Below are positions 60,908 through 64,000 of a stretch of DNA of 64,000 bases, piece after piece. Every line of letters begins with the position of its first letter. Position 1 is the first letter of the stretch. Position numbers and translations under genes: made by a program. The notes beneath the pieces are model-generated. The model searched no databases. It was not told the origin of the DNA and worked only from the letters and a program-made list of their open reading frames with translations. The stretch comes from Sphaerodactylus townsendi (taxonomy: Eukaryota): positions 27,094,001-27,158,000 of the forward strand of contig NC_059437.1 in assembly GCF_021028975.2 (NCBI RefSeq), written 5' to 3'.

Positions 60908-62609
60908 GTGCTTCCTTGACTCTTATATTTATTCACTTGATTTTCTTGCTGAGAGACTCAAAGTGAATTACATTTTTTTTAAATCAGAACAGTGCACTGC
61001 AATCAAAACAGTGTACTTACCATCCACAATGCAAGAAAATGAAATTATAGAATTAGAGTTGTGCACTAAACAGTATTCTGTATACAGAAAACTACTGTGG
61101 TGCATACTAGAAACAATAACAACTAGATTATAAACCATAGGGAAACAATGCACATGAATGGTCTATGCAGTGAAGAATATAAGTTCCAGTGGACATTTCT
61201 TGAAAGAGACACTTTCTTTCTCTTTATATTTCTTTCACCCTTGCATCCTCTGAACATAGGCTGTTCCATTGTTCACAGTGTATGGTGCAAGAGAATGCAC
61301 AATTGCCAGTAATTTTGGCAGTTTCGACTCAGAGGGTTTTTTTCTTTTCCCCTTCTGCTAGATCTCTGGCAGCATAAACTGAATTTGTATCTCATGCATA
61401 GGGTGGCACATTGTGACATTAATACCCAGGGCCAGAAAATTTATGAAGACAACAGTCAGAATATGTCTCTTCTTTCTGTTTGCTCAGTCTATGACAAAGC
61501 TGCCACTTTTAAATGGGAAACTACCTGTTTGGGAGAAGAACCCAATGGCAAGAGGCTAGAGAATCCCTTGAAGCAGCAAACTATCGCAGCAGCATGGTGA
61601 CAGCAAAAAATTAGCACTTGGACCCCTTTTATAAGATAAAGACACACTTTTTAGGAGCTAAACTGGAACATGAGAAGCTACAAAAACTATAGACACAAGT
61701 GGTTTGATAGGCTGCATAACTAGATTACAGAGCAGGGAATAAAATTTCTTTGTCAATGATAGCATCACGAAGCCACACATCACCACACTGATCAGATTTC
61801 ATCAGTAAGAGGCTGCAGAGCACAACAAGAAAAACCACTGGCCATTTTTGCGCTTGTGGTCTGCTCTGCAGTGACCGTGCATTTCCTTCAGGTCAGATTT
61901 GCAACTGGACACGTGGTTTCTAGGCTCCTGAACTCACTGCACCTCAGATCAGAGAATCCTGGCTTTTGAAGGAAAGCAAAGGAGATGGCTAAGCATTACT
62001 CCCTCCTCAGGTTTTCTTGCTCATCCCTGCATTCCCTTGCTCACCCAATAGCCCTTCTGGCCATGCTGTTCTTTTTTATATTCATGCTGCTGGTCTACTG
62101 ATAATTCGTTAGACCAATGAAACTGACATGTTCTACTGACAGACCAAGGATCCCCCCCCCCCAAAGGCAGCAGACAATCTCCCCAGAGGGAGGTTGCACA
62201 GAAAGGAAAGGAAGCAGTGGGCGGGCAAATGGTGGATTGGATTGCCTCAACTGGGGACACTTCTCAGCAGGTGACTTACCTTTTAAATGGAAAGCTGCGG
62301 GAAAACCCCACTGTGAAACACACAGCTGCACCCCAAGCAGTAAGTGCTTAAAAGGTCACTTTCATTCCTTCCATTTATTCTAAGAAAATGTACAAGCATA
62401 AGCCAAAAGCGGACTGCTTCTTGCATATTTAAAGGCCCAGTTATTGGAATAAACCATACATAAATGTATTCTTCTCTAAGTTATTTGGAGTTATCAGAAT
62501 GCAACACTTCTAAGCAGATGAGAAGCTGAAAAGCTCTGCTCTTCCTCAGATGTGCACAGAGCTTCATTGGTGCAAAGACTCCTCAATGTCCCCTTCACAC
62601 TTGATTTTT

Positions 62610-63030
62610 TACACTTTATTTACATGATCTATATTCTGCCTTTCTCACTGAGACTCAAGGTAAAGTACACAGTGTAAGTGAACACAATCAACAAGATGAG
62701 ACATCCAATAAACAATGTAATAGGTTTAGGACTACAGAAGTCTAAAACATTTTTCCCCAAGTCATTCCATTATAATACACCTCTGTTACCTGCATAAGAA
62801 TGCCCTCCCGGCTAATGTAGCTTTGCATACTTTGCAGAATTCCAGGAAAGTAGGAGCCTTCCTGACTTCATTAGGCCATTCCATTAGGTGAGGGTCACAA
62901 CAAAATGCAAGTGCACAGGCAGTTATTATTAATCTTTCCAAGTTGTAGGGTGGCATTTGCAGATGACCTTGTTCAGATGAGTGAAACTTCCATGGAGGAT
63001 TATAGGAGGACAGGTAATCCTGCAGATATA
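62610..63030 (-). mobile_element. Degraded L2 3' end
   Basis: TTTATTTAC..TATATTCTGCCTTTCTCACTGAGACTCAAGG tail, plus GGAGCCTTCCTGAC..GGCCATTCCAT..GG.GAGGGTCACAAC, typical of L2 read in antisense. Confidence 0.5.
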
Positions 63031-64000
63031 GGGGTGCAATGTCAACAAATAAATGAACAAATCCATAATATGGTGAGATGAATAAAATATGATAATATAC
63101 ATTTAAATATTTGTGAGTTACTTGAGTTAGGAGAGTTTTTTGGATTTGTTTATGTATTTGTTGACATTACTTATAGTCAACTTGGAAGGTCCAGAAGGCT
63201 GCAGCTCTGCTGTTTGTGGTAACATCCCCATCCCACCACCGCTTATTTCATTTCTTTTTATGCCAGTCATTCCTAAAACTATATCTCTTCCCTGAAGAAA
63301 GTGAGAAAAAGACAAGGCTAGACTCTAGAGTTACTTTCTGCAGCATAGCCCAACAAGGATTGCCATAAAATGCCACCTACAGCTCTTAGCTAAAACTTCT
63401 CCAGAACATAATTGAGTATCTACAGTTCCTCCAGGGAAATTATTCTTCACTATCAAAGGCTTGAGGAGAACTCCAGCCCTTGGTTACTTATAGACAGCCT
63501 CCCAACCTGAAACAATAGTTCTTCAGTAACCATACACCAATAGAAATATAAGCCCAAGGAGTTGTTCCTACAACAAACCATGATGCCATCTTGTGCCAGC
63601 AATGCCCTTTGGCCACCAACTCTGACCACACGGCACTGTCTCCATGGAAGTGAGCAATCAGATACTGTGCATGGAAACACCCAGAAGTCCGACGAGCAAT
63701 ATTTCAGCCTCAGCATAGTACCACCCTTAGCAGGTCTATGCAGAATCCTATTCAGGCCTATTAAAGAGGACTTACTTCCAGGAAAGTGTTCTTAGGATTG
63801 CACAGTTAGATGCTACTGCATTCAAAAGAAGAGTTTCGAAAGGAGACTCCAGCAAGAAGCAGCTGATCTAAAATTTATACTCAGATTTTATACTCTCAGA
63901 GAGGACCCAAATAAGGACTTGAATGGCCAGAAAATTACTGAGCAGTTCCACTCAAAAATCTTACTCAGGTCTACCCAAGGGGGCTTATTCTCAGGAAAGC

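Overview
Vertebrate genomic DNA, almost certainly from a squamate reptile and gecko-like, judged from the repeat landscape: 5S-Sauria and tRNA-derived SINEs, an RTE/BovB-clade LINE, CR1, L2, Penelope-like elements and many hAT, Harbinger-like and Tc/mariner MITEs. No intact multi-exon protein-coding gene can be identified, and nearly all supplied ORFs are spurious or TE-derived. The window looks like a large intron or 5' region of a long gene, or an intergenic tract. Firm calls: (1) a processed RPS23 pseudogene (10742-11412) split by a hAT MITE with a perfect 8-bp target-site duplication (TSD); (2) LINE reverse-transcriptase (RT) relics; (3) many MITEs with verifiable terminal inverted repeats (TIRs) and TSDs, including 2- and 3-level nests; (4) three head-to-head palindromic Penelope-like insertions carrying minimal hammerhead ribozyme motifs, two with an intact catalytic core. 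TE-poor, CpG-retaining islands (~19.7-20.7, 23.4-24.9, 31.8-32.3, 51.2-51.9 kb) hold splice-site-bounded candidate exons on the + strand, AG|GT (recursive-splice-like) junctions and RFX X-boxes. The host gene could not be named. A 136-N gap lies at 44338-44473. Family assignments come from recalled motifs, not database searches.
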